Below, piece by piece: positions 18,603-29,561 of a stretch of DNA of 55,214 nucleotides. Positions within the stretch are counted from its first letter, which is position 1, and each line of letters opens with the position of its first letter. This DNA comes from Candidatus Magasanikiibacteriota bacterium (lineage in GTDB: Bacteria; Patescibacteriota; Patescibacteriia; Magasanikbacterales; UBA922), in assembly GCA_002716765.1 (NCBI GenBank), contig PBBY01000007.1:1-55214 (forward strand), written 5' to 3'. The notes under the pieces are model-generated. The model had not been told where the DNA came from and did no database searches. It saw only the letters and a list, made by a program, of their open reading frames with translations. The translations under genes and the position numbers were made by a program.

Positions 18603-18773
18603 TTATGCAACTGCTGCGCGTTTGATTGCTGTTTTTCTACATTTGGTACACACTTTTCTTCCTTCAAATTTTTGTAAGTTTGGTCTTTGTACGCGCAATG
18701 TTTTGTTTAATGCATGACTTCTAATCATGGCTTTTTTTGGTCCTTTGTTGCATTCTTCACATCTTCTAGACAT
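18603..18773 (-). CDS. rpmB: 50S ribosomal protein L28 (56 aa; absent from the ORF track)
   Basis: Hand translation MSRRCEECNKGPKKAMIRSHALNKTLRVQRPNLQKFEGRKVCTKCRKTAIKRAAVA; RSHALN/PNLQ pattern of L28. Confidence 0.8.
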   Translation of the reverse strand: MSRRCEECNKGPKKAMIRSHALNKTLRVQRPNLQKFEGRKVCTKCRKTAIKRAAVA

Positions 18774-18798
18774 AGAACTATGATATTAATATAGATAA

Positions 18799-18827
18799 TT
18801 GAGTATTGTGGATAATTGGTATATACT
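18799..18827 (+). promoter_or_regulatory. Promoter TTGAGT-17-TATACT with a perfect DnaA box (TGTGGATAA, 18807-18815) inside the spacer
   Basis: -35 at 18799-18804, -10 at 18822-18827. Confidence 0.4.
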
Positions 18828-18844
18828 AAGGAGTATAATACGCG

Positions 18845-19537
18845 ATGAAGCAAGTATATAGTATAATCCTTGCTTTGTCAATATTCACTGTCTTTAATTT
18901 ATATTACTTCATTTTAGGTATGAATGAATTATCTCAACTCTTTTTTCTGATTGTTATTATTCCGTCTGCTATTATTCACGAATATATGCACGGATGGATG
19001 GCCGATAGATTAGGAGATCCAACTGCACGATATGCCGGAAGACTTTCACTTAATCCTGTGGTACATATTGATCCTATTGGAACACTCCTCCTTCCTTTTA
19101 TTTTGTTTATTTCCACTGGCGGTAGCTTTTTGTTTGCGTATGCTAAGCCGGTACCCTATAACCCATATAATTTACGAAATCAAAAATGGGGTCCAGTCTT
19201 AGTAGCTTTTGCCGGTCCTGCAGCAAATTTAGTACTTGCTGCTGTTTTTGGGGTTATTGTACAGCTTATGCCAACTGGTGGCCTTGCTGAGTTGTTGGCA
19301 CTGATCGTGTATGCAAATGTCTTACTTGCTATCTTTAATCTTGTACCAATTCCACCTTTAGACGGGTCCAAGCTGTTGTATGCATTGTTACCAGACTCAA
19401 TGGTCGGTGTGCGTCAATTTTTAGATAAATATGGGTGGATTATTCTTCTACTCTTCATTTTTCAATTTTTCTACCTTATTCAGCCTATTATTATATTCTT
19501 TTTTGCTCTTTTTACCGGAGGTATAGGTGTATTTTAG
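18845..19537 (+). CDS. M50-family (site-2 protease-like) membrane Zn metalloprotease
   Basis: HExxH in IIHEYMHGWMA; polytopic; NLVPIPPLDGSKL motif. Confidence 0.75.
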   Translation: MKQVYSIILALSIFTVFNLYYFILGMNELSQLFFLIVIIPSAIIHEYMHGWMADRLGDPTARYAGRLSLNPVVHIDPIGTLLLPFILFISTGGSFLFAYAKPVPYNPYNLRNQKWGPVLVAFAGPAANLVLAAVFGVIVQLMPTGGLAELLALIVYANVLLAIFNLVPIPPLDGSKLLYALLPDSMVGVRQFLDKYGWIILLLFIFQFFYLIQPIIIFFFALFTGGIGVF

Positions 19538-19555
19538 TAATATGTGGGCAATTTC

Positions 19556-19584
19556 TTGACATAATAAGAAAAATATTTTATACT
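19556..19584 (+). promoter_or_regulatory. Consensus promoter TTGACA-17-TATACT for the str operon
   Basis: -35 at 19556-19561, -10 at 19579-19584. Confidence 0.6.
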
Positions 19585-19590
19585 ATTGTC

Positions 19591-19732
19591 GTCTCGTTGA
19601 GTACAAGACGCACAATTAGATCGTACAAACGTGGCTGTTTGTACCATATTTAGTAAGGAGAATATGGTCTGTCCCAACTTTGGGTCAGGTTTTTCTATTT
19701 TTATAACACACAACTAATTTTAGCAGCATATT
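19591..19732 (+). promoter_or_regulatory. rpsL leader: two hairpins, an SD-preceded 17-codon sORF (19664-19717), and a hairpin plus T-tract (19669-19700)
   Basis: GTACAAAC-N6-GTTTGTAC. AAGGAG 5 nt before the ATG at 19664 (MVCPNFGSGFSIFITHN). CTGTCCC-N6-GGGTCAG followed by GTTTTTC. Confidence 0.4.
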
Positions 19733-20152
19733 ATGCCAACAATGAATCAGATTCTTCGAAAAGGAAGAAAAATAAAAAAGAAGAAGTCAGAGTCTCCTGC
19801 AATGCAGTTTACTTACGATGCGCTTCACAGAAAAAAAACAACATTACGAAGAGGGTCACCATTTAAGCGCGGTGTATGTACAAAAGTGTACACAACCACC
19901 CCTCGTAAACCAAACTCTGCTTTACGTAAAGTAGCACGTGTAAGACTATCAAATGGTGTAGAGGTGATTGCTTATATTCCAGGAGAAGGGCACAATCTTC
20001 AAGAGCACTCTATTGTTCTATTACGCGGTGGAAGAGTAAAAGACTTATCTGGTGTACGATACACTATTGTTCGTGGTGTATATGATACGCAAGGAGTAGA
20101 AGGAAGAAAAAAAGGTCGTTCACGTTACGGAACAAAAAAACCGAAAGCGTAA
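19733..20152 (+). CDS. rpsL: 30S ribosomal protein S12
   Basis: [16 protein letters not shown] motif. Confidence 0.95.
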   Translation: MPTMNQILRKGRKIKKKKSESPAMQFTYDALHRKKTTLRRGSPFKRGVCTKVYTTTPRKPNSALRKVARVRLSNGVEVIAYIPGEGHNLQEHSIVLLRGGRVKDLSGVRYTIVRGVYDTQGVEGRKKGRSRYGTKKPKA

Positions 20153-20183
20153 TTATTTACTACATAATTTTTTATAGATATAT

Positions 20184-20660
20184 ATGTCAAGAGGAAAACA
20201 GGCGCCAAAAAGAACTATTCTTGCAGATCCAAAATATCATAGTCTTGCCATTGCAAAGTTTGTAAACTATCTTATGCAAGATGGAAAAAAGACAGTTGCA
20301 CAAGCCATTGTGTACGATGCTTTGGAAATTGCCGCAAAAGCAACAAAACAAGAACCGGTAGAAGTTTTTGAAAAAGTAATAGAAACAGCAAAACCACAAG
20401 TAGAAGTTCGCTCAAAGCGAGTTGGTGGTGCAAATTACCAAGTACCAATGCCGGTACTAAGTGGAAGAGGTAACACATTAGCATATCGTTGGATTTTGGC
20501 TGCTGCAAGAAGTAGGTCAGGTAAATCTATGCGAGAAAGATTGGCAGCAGAATTTCAAGATATTTTAGAAGGTGTCGGCGGAACCATGAAAAAGAAAGAT
20601 GATGTGCATAGAATGGCCGAGGCAAACAAAGCATTTGCCCACTTTGCAAGAAGACGATAA
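20184..20660 (+). CDS. rpsG: 30S ribosomal protein S7
   Basis: S7 family sequence; position after rpsL. Confidence 0.95.
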   Translation: MSRGKQAPKRTILADPKYHSLAIAKFVNYLMQDGKKTVAQAIVYDALEIAAKATKQEPVEVFEKVIETAKPQVEVRSKRVGGANYQVPMPVLSGRGNTLAYRWILAAARSRSGKSMRERLAAEFQDILEGVGGTMKKKDDVHRMAEANKAFAHFARRR

Positions 20661-20720
20661 ATATACACAAATAAAAACTTCGGTTTTTTGTTGGGTTTTC
20701 ATTTTTAATTACGTTATTTT

Positions 20721-22802
20721 ATGCCCAGAGAATATTCATTAGAAAATACAAGAAATATCGGTATCATGGCTCATATTGATGCCGGAAAAACAACCGTTAC
20801 CGAACGGGTGTTATTTTACACAGGAAAAAAACACAAGATCGGTGAAACTCATGAAGGTGAGGCAGACATGGATTGGATGGAACAAGAAAAAGAGCGTGGT
20901 ATTACTATTACCAGTGCTGCAACTACGTGTTTCTGGAAAGACAATCGAATTAATATTATAGATACTCCCGGCCACGTAGACTTTACAGTGGAGGTAGAGC
21001 GATCATTGCGTGTTCTTGATGGTGCTGTTGCTGTGTTTGATGGCTCACAAGGTGTAGAGCCGCAATCCGAAACAGTATGGAGGCAGGCAGATAAATACAG
21101 TGTTCCACGAATTTGTTTTATTAATAAAATGGACAAGGTTGGTGCAGATTTTTCTATGTCCCTATCTTCTATTACTGACCGTTTGTCTAACAAAGCAGTT
21201 CCAGTACAACTCCCAATTGGAATGGAAGGGGATTTCAAAGGAGTGGTTGACCTTATTGAAAAGAAAGCATATACATTTTCTGGAGATCACGGAGAAACAA
21301 TTTCAGAGATTGACATTCCTGCTGAGTTGCAAGATGATGCTGAACTACATCATAAAAATTTAATGGAAAAAGTTGCAGAGGCAGATGATGAATTAATGGA
21401 AAAATATTTAGGTGGTGAATTATTGACATCAGAAGAAATAAAGCGTGGTATTCGTATGCTTGTGCTAAGTGATGAACTGTATCCTGTGCTTTGTGGATCT
21501 GCTCTTGCAAACATTGGTGTACAAAAAATGTTAGATGCCGTAACTGCGTTTTTACCTTCACCGCTAGATGTCCCAGAAATTGAGGCGACGAGTGCAAAAG
21601 ATGCAGAAACAAAAGTTGTTATAAAAGCAAGTGACGACGAAGCATTTTCTGCACTTGCGTTTAAAGTGGCGACCGATCCATTTGTTGGAAAGTTGATTTT
21701 CTTCCGTGTATATTCTGGAACAATTAGTGCAGGAAGTTATGTAGTGAATTCTTCTAGCGGAAAAAAAGAACGTATTGGAAGAATTGTGCGACTTCATGCA
21801 AACTCTCGTGAAGAAGTGCAAGAGGTCTATGCCGGAGAAATTGCCGCAGCAATTGGTCTAAAAGATACCAGAACTGGGGATACGTTGTGTGCAGAAAACA
21901 GGCAGCTTATTTTAGAAAATATTACCTTTCCGGAGCCAGTTATTTCTGTTGCTATTGAACCAAAAACAAAACAAGATCAGGAAAAAATGGGGATTGCGCT
22001 ACAAAAACTTGCCGAGGAAGACCCAACATTTAAAGTTCGTACCGATGATGAAACATTGCAAACAATCATTTCTGGAATGGGAGAACTTCATCTTGATATT
22101 ATTGTAGACAGAATGAAACGAGAATTTAGCGTAGAAGCAAATGTTGGTGCGCCGCAAGTTGCCTACCGAGAAACCATTAAAGGTTCTGCAGAATCAGAAG
22201 GAAAATATGTAAAACAATCCGGTGGTCGTGGTCAGTTTGGCCATTGCTGGTTACGCATTGAACCACTTCCAGAGGATGGAGAAAAAACATTTGAATTTGT
22301 CGACGAAATTAAAGGTGGTGTTGTTCCAAAAGAATATATTCCAGCAATTCAAAAAGGAGTTCGAGAAACAATGGATAAAGGAATTGTTGCAGGATACCCA
22401 ATGGAAAACATTAAAGTTGCTGTGTATGATGGAAGTTATCACGAAGTTGACTCATCTGAGGTGGCGTTTAAAATGGCCGGAAGTATGGCATTTACTGCTG
22501 CAGTAAAGCAGTCAAATCCTGTTGTGCTAGAGCCGGTAATGGCAGTAGAAGTGGTAACACCAGAAGAACATATGGGAGACGTGGTTGGAGATCTTAATTC
22601 AAAGCGTGGGCAAATACAAGAAATGGTGGATCGTGGTAATGCAAAAGTAATAAAATCTATTGTACCATTATCAAGTATGTTTGGGTATGTAGGAAATTTG
22701 CGCTCAATGACCTCTGGTCGCGCCAGTTATTCTATGGAATTTTCTCATTACGCAGAAGTGCCAAAAAATGTAGAACAAGAAATTATAGAAGGAAAAAAAT
22801 AA
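20721..22802 (+). CDS. fusA: Elongation factor G
   Basis: [21 protein letters not shown] GTPase motifs; 693 aa. Confidence 0.95.
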   Translation: MPREYSLENTRNIGIMAHIDAGKTTVTERVLFYTGKKHKIGETHEGEADMDWMEQEKERGITITSAATTCFWKDNRINIIDTPGHVDFTVEVERSLRVLDGAVAVFDGSQGVEPQSETVWRQADKYSVPRICFINKMDKVGADFSMSLSSITDRLSNKAVPVQLPIGMEGDFKGVVDLIEKKAYTFSGDHGETISEIDIPAELQDDAELHHKNLMEKVAEADDELMEKYLGGELLTSEEIKRGIRMLVLSDELYPVLCGSALANIGVQKMLDAVTAFLPSPLDVPEIEATSAKDAETKVVIKASDDEAFSALAFKVATDPFVGKLIFFRVYSGTISAGSYVVNSSSGKKERIGRIVRLHANSREEVQEVYAGEIAAAIGLKDTRTGDTLCAENRQLILENITFPEPVISVAIEPKTKQDQEKMGIALQKLAEEDPTFKVRTDDETLQTIISGMGELHLDIIVDRMKREFSVEANVGAPQVAYRETIKGSAESEGKYVKQSGGRGQFGHCWLRIEPLPEDGEKTFEFVDEIKGGVVPKEYIPAIQKGVRETMDKGIVAGYPMENIKVAVYDGSYHEVDSSEVAFKMAGSMAFTAAVKQSNPVVLEPVMAVEVVTPEEHMGDVVGDLNSKRGQIQEMVDRGNAKVIKSIVPLSSMFGYVGNLRSMTSGRASYSMEFSHYAEVPKNVEQEIIEGKK

Positions 22803-22821
22803 ACTTATATTATTATAATCA

Positions 22822-22848
22822 CAACACGGCCTCATATTGGCCGTGTTG
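22822..22848 (+). terminator. 10-bp perfect hairpin after fusA (no clear T-tract)
   Basis: CAACACGGCC-N7-GGCCGTGTTG. Confidence 0.45.
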
Positions 22849-22881
22849 AGGTTTGCGGACAAATAGTTGTATACTATATAT

Positions 22882-23613
22882 ATGAAATTTAACACAATAA
22901 CAATTTTCCCAAGCATTATCTCAAACTATTGTAATGAGAGTATTTTGGGTCGCGCACAAAAAAATAATTATATTTCTGTAAACCCAATTAATCTACGAGA
23001 TTTTGCAACTGATCAACGCAAAACAATAGACGATACACCGTATGGTGGCGGCGCAGGAATGGTTATGAAACCAGAACCAATCTATTCTGCGCTACAAAGT
23101 ATTAATGCTATTCCTTTTTCAAAAACAACCGGTGTGTCAAAAATAAAAAAAATTTTTCGGAGTGGCGAAAACAGAAAAAAAAGAACCATACTTCTTTCTC
23201 CGCGCGGAAGAGAGTTTACACAAACGGTTGCGGAGGAATTATCTCAATATAATGAAATTACATTTGTCTGTGGAAGATACGAAGGTGTAGATCAGCGTGT
23301 TGCTGATTTTATGGTAGACGAAGAAATGTCTGTTGGGAAATATGTTCTGGCAGGTGGAGAGTTGGGTGCATTAATTATTATAGAAGCTGTGTCACGGCTT
23401 ATTCCAGGAGTTTTAGGAAATCCAGAGTCACTATCTGAAGAAACATTTAGTGTCCAAAATAAAAATGAAACAGATAAAAAACAAAGAAATCAAAAAGAGT
23501 ATCCACAATATACGAAGCCAGAAAAATTTCTTACGCATAGTGTTCCAGCAGTGTTATTAAGTGGAGATCATGCAAAAATAAAAGCATGGAGAAAAAATAA
23601 TACTAAGGATTAA
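22882..23613 (+). CDS. trmD: tRNA (guanine37-N1)-methyltransferase
   Basis: MKFNTITIFP N-terminus, GGGAGMVMKPEP, FVCGRYEGVDQRV. TATACT (22870-22875) lies 6 nt before the ATG. Confidence 0.9.
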   Translation: MKFNTITIFPSIISNYCNESILGRAQKNNYISVNPINLRDFATDQRKTIDDTPYGGGAGMVMKPEPIYSALQSINAIPFSKTTGVSKIKKIFRSGENRKKRTILLSPRGREFTQTVAEELSQYNEITFVCGRYEGVDQRVADFMVDEEMSVGKYVLAGGELGALIIIEAVSRLIPGVLGNPESLSEETFSVQNKNETDKKQRNQKEYPQYTKPEKFLTHSVPAVLLSGDHAKIKAWRKNNTKD

Positions 23614-23723
23614 GTGTTCTTGTATACCACTTGTAGTCGAATAAATTTATCTATGATATACGTAATATTTATACTGTATACAAAATTATTAAATGTTATC
23701 CCCAGATCATGTGTATAGTATCC

Positions 23724-23752
23724 TTGACACCTAATTACAAAGTGTATATACT
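23724..23752 (+). promoter_or_regulatory. Consensus promoter TTGACA-17-TATACT for the 16S rRNA gene
   Basis: -35 at 23724-23729, -10 at 23747-23752; about 345-nt leader. Confidence 0.6.
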
Positions 23753-24097
23753 AGGCGCAGTAATATTCAAAAAGAACACGTTTTCCAAAGTCTTCAAAAA
23801 GAGATACTAGGAAAGAGTAACCAATTCATATATCATTTATTTTTGCAAATGATGTATGACAGGTTTCTCTTTTTTCTTTACAGAGAAAGAGCGAGCGGTC
23901 ATTACAATCTAGTCAACCAAAATAGTATCAAACGTACAATGTACGTAATTCACGTTATAAACGTGACAAGAAACCAAACATCTATTCAAAAAAAAATCAA
24001 ACCTTTTTAAGAGTATTAAAAAGGAATCAACTATAATCGTTGTAAAACGATTTTGCAAAGTAGTAATTTATTACTACTTACTTGAGCAAAACTTTCA

Positions 24098-25591
<1,494 letters not shown>

Positions 25592-25724
25592 TGGAGTATG
25601 TTTCAGTGAAAATTGAAACTACTTGTCGACCTGTGTACTTTGTGCACAGAGAGTTCCGAAATATTATGATTCGGGATTAGTAGATGTCTGAAAAATCTTG
25701 TCACGTTTATACTGTGAATACAAA

Positions 25725-25757
25725 TAAAAAATACCTTTATCGGTATTTTTTATTTTT
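25725..25757 (+). terminator. Intrinsic terminator downstream of 16S
   Basis: A6-ATACC-ttatc-GGTAT-T6. Confidence 0.6.
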
Positions 25758-25763
25758 TATACT

Positions 25764-25792
25764 ATTGACCAGTGTTTTTGTTCGCGTTATAC
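25764..25792 (+). promoter_or_regulatory. Promoter TTGACC-17-TATACT
   Basis: -35 at 25764-25769, -10 at 25787-25792. Confidence 0.5.
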
Positions 25793-25815
25793 TTTTAATA
25801 ATACTAATAAAACAT

Positions 25816-26598
25816 ATGCACAACAATTTGGAGGAAATAATTGAACTATCTAAAAGTACCGGAGATCGTGTTATTATTTACAACCCATACACTGGAAGTC
25901 ATTTAGTAATTATGGCGCTTGATGAGTATAAACAATTAGTTAATAAAAGAGACGATGTACGCCATTTAACGAAAGAACAGTTGGTTGATAGAATTAACAG
26001 AGAGATTGCTATATGGCATTCGAGTAATGCTGAAAAAGAGCAGTCAGATATTGCTGATGCATTGCAAAAGGAAATTACTTCTATGTCAGATTCTCCTGAA
26101 AAAAAATATAGGAAACCGCAGTGGTCGAGTGGTGCGAGTGTGCTAGAAAAAGAATCACCGCAATCTTCAGGAGCTGGATCGTTTGGTGCATTTAGGCAAG
26201 AAAGAGTTCTTGATAATAAACATGAAACTAGTAAAAGTAGTGAACCAACCACACTAGAACCTGGTGTTGTGTACAAACACAACAAAGAAGATGTTATACA
26301 AACAAGTACCTCGGAATACGAACCATTATATGAAAAGGGATTACATGGCGACCGTATTGCGTTTAACCCAAAACCAGTAATGAGTCAAAAAAATATGCAT
26401 TCCGAAGAGTTGCGGTATGACATACCGATAAATGTAAAAAATACTAATAATATATCAGAAAATCATATACGATCTGTAATAGAGAAAGTGTATGGCCGAG
26501 CAAACATAGAAACAAAAAAAAATTCTATAATAGAATCAAATAGTACTGATCAGGAAGAAGAAAAAGATACACTACTATTCTTTGATGAAGAAGTCTAA
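25816..26598 (+). CDS. Hypothetical protein: Phd/YefM-antitoxin-like N-terminal segment plus a long low-complexity tail
   Basis: GDRVIIYNPYTGSHLVIMALDEYKQLV resembles Phd/YefM N-termini. Start moved from 25684 because a terminator and a promoter lie inside that extension. Confidence 0.45.
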   Translation: MHNNLEEIIELSKSTGDRVIIYNPYTGSHLVIMALDEYKQLVNKRDDVRHLTKEQLVDRINREIAIWHSSNAEKEQSDIADALQKEITSMSDSPEKKYRKPQWSSGASVLEKESPQSSGAGSFGAFRQERVLDNKHETSKSSEPTTLEPGVVYKHNKEDVIQTSTSEYEPLYEKGLHGDRIAFNPKPVMSQKNMHSEELRYDIPINVKNTNNISENHIRSVIEKVYGRANIETKKNSIIESNSTDQEEEKDTLLFFDEEV

Positions 26599-26662
26599 AA
26601 TCGCCTTTATACCCTTGATAATCATGACTTTTTCTATTAAGTATGTGCCCCATTAAATGCAC

Positions 26663-26691
26663 TTGACGAATTAATCTAAATACGCTATACT
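26663..26691 (+). promoter_or_regulatory. Promoter TTGACG-17-TATACT upstream of tuf
   Basis: -35 at 26663-26668, -10 at 26686-26691. Confidence 0.55.
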
Positions 26692-26814
26692 ATTGGCGCC
26701 TACTGTTATTTTAATAATGGTAATTTTTAAAAAAACTTAATTCATTTAGACCCGTTGGATTACAAAACTGTGCTGACCACTCAGACACAGTGCGGGAATA
26801 GCTACCATAATACT

Positions 26815-28005
26815 ATGGCAGACTTTGATCGTTCAAAACCACACGTAAATGTGGGAACAATTGGTCACGTTGACCACGGAAAAACAACTACAACAGCAGC
26901 TATCTTAAAAGTTGCTGGTGCTCATGGGCTTACTGCTCAAACAAAAGATGTCGGAGAAATAGATGCGGCGCCAGAAGAAAAGGCACGTGGAATTACTATT
27001 GCTACCGCACACGTAGAGTACGAAACACAAAATAGGCACTATGCTCATGTAGATTGTCCAGGTCATGCCGACTATGTAAAAAACATGATTACAGGAGCCG
27101 CACAAATGGACGGTGCTATTCTTGTTGTATCTGCAGCAGATGGTCCCATGCCACAAACACGAGAACACATTCTTCTTGCAAGACAAGTTGGTGTGCCATA
27201 TATTGTGGTATTTTTAAATAAAGTAGATCAAGTATCTGATCCAGAACTTATTGACTTGGTAGAAGAAGAGGTGCGTGACCTTTTAAAGAAATATGAATTC
27301 CCAGGAGATGAAACTCCTATTATTCGTGGATCTGCACTTAAAGCATTGGAAAATCCAGGTGACGAAGCTGCTTCAAAACCTGTTCTAGATCTTTTGGCAA
27401 AATTGGATGAGTATATTCCAACACCAGAGCGTGATTTAGACAAAGAATTCCTTATGCCTATTGAAGATGTATTTTCAATTGAAGGTCGTGGAACAGTAGT
27501 AACAGGAAGAATTGAACGTGGTATTGTAAAAGTGGGTGAGGAAGTAGAAATCGTTGGAATGGGTGCAGAAGTATCAAAAACTACCGTTACCGGTGTAGAG
27601 ATGTTTAACAAAAACCTTAATCAAGGAGAAGCTGGAGACAATGCTGGAATTCTTCTTCGTGGTACAAAAAAAGACGAGGTCCAAAGAGGGCAAGTGCTTT
27701 CTAGACCAGGAACTATTACACCACATACAGAATTTGAAGCAGAAGTATACTCACTGACAAAAGAAGAAGGTGGAAGACACAAACCTTTCTTTAAGGGGTA
27801 TAAACCTCAGTTTTACATCAGAACAACAGACGTAACAGGAGATGTGATTTTACCAGAAGGAACAGAAATGGTTATGCCTGGTGACACAGTAAAACTTACT
27901 ATTAAACTTATTGTACCAGTTGCACTAGAAGAGCAAATGCGTTTTGCGATTCGAGAAGGTGGAAGAACTGTTGGTGCAGGAGTCGTGACAAAAATTATTG
28001 CATAA
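26815..28005 (+). CDS. tuf: Elongation factor Tu
   Basis: [25 protein letters not shown]; DCPGHADY; NKVD. Confidence 0.95.
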   Translation: MADFDRSKPHVNVGTIGHVDHGKTTTTAAILKVAGAHGLTAQTKDVGEIDAAPEEKARGITIATAHVEYETQNRHYAHVDCPGHADYVKNMITGAAQMDGAILVVSAADGPMPQTREHILLARQVGVPYIVVFLNKVDQVSDPELIDLVEEEVRDLLKKYEFPGDETPIIRGSALKALENPGDEAASKPVLDLLAKLDEYIPTPERDLDKEFLMPIEDVFSIEGRGTVVTGRIERGIVKVGEEVEIVGMGAEVSKTTVTGVEMFNKNLNQGEAGDNAGILLRGTKKDEVQRGQVLSRPGTITPHTEFEAEVYSLTKEEGGRHKPFFKGYKPQFYIRTTDVTGDVILPEGTEMVMPGDTVKLTIKLIVPVALEEQMRFAIREGGRTVGAGVVTKIIA

Positions 28006-28013
28006 ATACGCGG

Positions 28014-28037
28014 TAGCGGAGGGCTTTTGCCCTCCGC
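28014..28037 (+). terminator. 10-bp GC-rich hairpin after tuf (weak T-tract)
   Basis: AGCGGAGGGC-tttt-GCCCTCCGCT. Confidence 0.45.
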
Positions 28038-28073
28038 TCTTGTGTATCATTTAATCATTTCAAGTTCTTTATT

Positions 28074-28418
28074 ATGGCAGAAGACAAACAACAAGGAGAA
28101 GTATCGCAAAGCAAACCACGTATTAGAATAAAAATTCGTGCTTACGATAATAAAATAATTGATGCGGCTACAAAAACAATTATAGATACCGCCGAAAGAA
28201 ATAGTGCAAAGGTTGTAGGACCCGTACCTCTGCCAACAGAAAAAAGTAAATATAGTGTTAATAGAGCATCGTTTATTAACAAAACAGCACAAGAGCAGTT
28301 CGAAATGCGTATTCATAAAAGATTAGTAGATATTTTAGACCCAACACCAAAGGCTATTGATGCACTTATGAATTTAAACATGCCTAGTGGTGTAGATTTG
28401 GCGATTAAAATGATGTAA
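28074..28418 (+). CDS. rpsJ: 30S ribosomal protein S10
   Basis: RIRIKIRAYD core; short N-terminal extension. Confidence 0.95.
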   Translation: MAEDKQQGEVSQSKPRIRIKIRAYDNKIIDAATKTIIDTAERNSAKVVGPVPLPTEKSKYSVNRASFINKTAQEQFEMRIHKRLVDILDPTPKAIDALMNLNMPSGVDLAIKMM

Positions 28419-28421
28419 ATA

Positions 28422-28430
28422 TGTGGATAA
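28422..28430 (-). promoter_or_regulatory. Perfect DnaA-box 9-mer (TGTGGATAA on the plus strand), followed by palindrome GTGGTA-ac-TACCAC
   Basis: Exact consensus; palindrome at 28435-28448, immediately before the -35. Confidence 0.45.
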
Positions 28431-28448
28431 CATGGTGGTAACTACCAC

Positions 28449-28477
28449 TTGACAGTGTGAAGTAAATTGTATATTAT
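28449..28477 (+). promoter_or_regulatory. Promoter TTGACA-17-TATTAT inside the rpsJ-rplC spacer
   Basis: -35 at 28449-28454, -10 at 28472-28477. Confidence 0.5.
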
Positions 28478-28483
28478 ATAGTC

Positions 28484-28698
28484 ATCAAATAAATTAGAAA
28501 AGAGAAACAAGAGAGGTTCTTTATGGAAAACCAGCTTGTGACGACATTTCTAATGGAGTACTGTAATAAGTTCGTATAAATTACAAATCATTCAAGAAAA
28601 ACTAGAAGGATTACTTCGCAAATTTTTTGTGATTCTATCCTTCTAGTTTTTTGCACACTTTTGCTACGAAATTAGAAATTAAGTAAGTTCATGACGAT
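28484..28698 (+). promoter_or_regulatory. Leader before rplC: 18-codon sORF (28523-28579), then a 14-bp hairpin plus T-run (28597-28652)
   Basis: GAGAGG SD then ATG (MENQLVTTFLMEYCNKFV). AAAAACTAGAAGGA / TCCTTCTAGTTTTT perfect stem, 27-nt loop, then TTTTTT. Confidence 0.45.
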
Positions 28699-29532
28699 AT
28701 GAAATTTATTTTAGGAAAAAAATTAGAGATGACCCAAGTTTTTAGAGATAACGGAGAAGTAGTTCCAGTGACACGAGTCAAAGCGGGTCCTTGTGTTGTA
28801 ACACAAATTAAAACAAAAGAAAAAGACAGATCGTCTGCTGTGCAGGTTGGTTTTGGTAAACAAAAACTTTTTCGATTAAACAAGGCACAACAAGGTCATT
28901 TACGTGATCTTGAGCCAGTGCGTGTCTTAAAAGACATTGCTGTAAAAACAGATGATCACGGATTATCACGAGGTGATACTTACGGAGTTGAAATATTTAC
29001 ACAAGGAGAGAAGGTGCAGGTAACCGGAAGATCAAAAGGTAAAGGGTTTCAAGGTGTAGTAAAAAGACATAACTTTGCTGGAAGTTTAAAAACACATGGA
29101 CACAAAGATCAGCATAGAATGCCTGGAAGTATTGGAGCGACTGGTCCCGCAAGAGTGTTCAAGGGAACAAAAATGGGTGGCCACATGGGAGATGATCAGG
29201 TAACAGTTAAGAATCTTGAGATAGTAGGAATAAATACCGAAACAGGAGAGCTTACTATAAAAGGTGCGTTGCCAGGGGCACGTGGTGGATTACTTATTAT
29301 ATCAACCCAAGAAGGTGAAATGAAAATAGAAAAATCTCAGGAAAAAGAAGATGCAAAACAAGAGGTTGTTGCAGAAGAGGCTAAAGAAGATACTTCAGTA
29401 GAAGTTTCTACTGAAAAAACCGAAGAAGCAAAACAAGTCGAGGTCGTTACAGAAGAGGATGTAAAAAAAGATACAAAAGAAGAGGTGAAAAAAGAAGATG
29501 TGGCTAAAAGTGAAAAAGAAGCCCAAGAATAA
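28699..29532 (+). CDS. rplC: 50S ribosomal protein L3 with an approximately 70-aa K/E-rich C-terminal extension
   Basis: L3 core (GKGFQGVVKRHNF); acidic/lysine-rich tail from about residue 205. Confidence 0.95.
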   Translation: MKFILGKKLEMTQVFRDNGEVVPVTRVKAGPCVVTQIKTKEKDRSSAVQVGFGKQKLFRLNKAQQGHLRDLEPVRVLKDIAVKTDDHGLSRGDTYGVEIFTQGEKVQVTGRSKGKGFQGVVKRHNFAGSLKTHGHKDQHRMPGSIGATGPARVFKGTKMGGHMGDDQVTVKNLEIVGINTETGELTIKGALPGARGGLLIISTQEGEMKIEKSQEKEDAKQEVVAEEAKEDTSVEVSTEKTEEAKQVEVVTEEDVKKDTKEEVKKEDVAKSEKEAQE

Positions 29533-29561
29533 TACATTATAGAACTTATTACTTTGATTAT

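Noticed and set aside
25684-25815. Upstream extension of the 25816 gene (track start 25684)
   Set aside because: The extension contains an intrinsic terminator (25725-25757) and a TTGACC-17-TATACT promoter, so it is non-coding.
26692-26814. Possible tRNA gene upstream of tuf, as in tRNA-tufB arrangements
   Set aside because: No cloverleaf or T-loop motif is present. There is only a short hairpin (CTGTG-N13-CACAG). Treated as the tuf 5' UTR.
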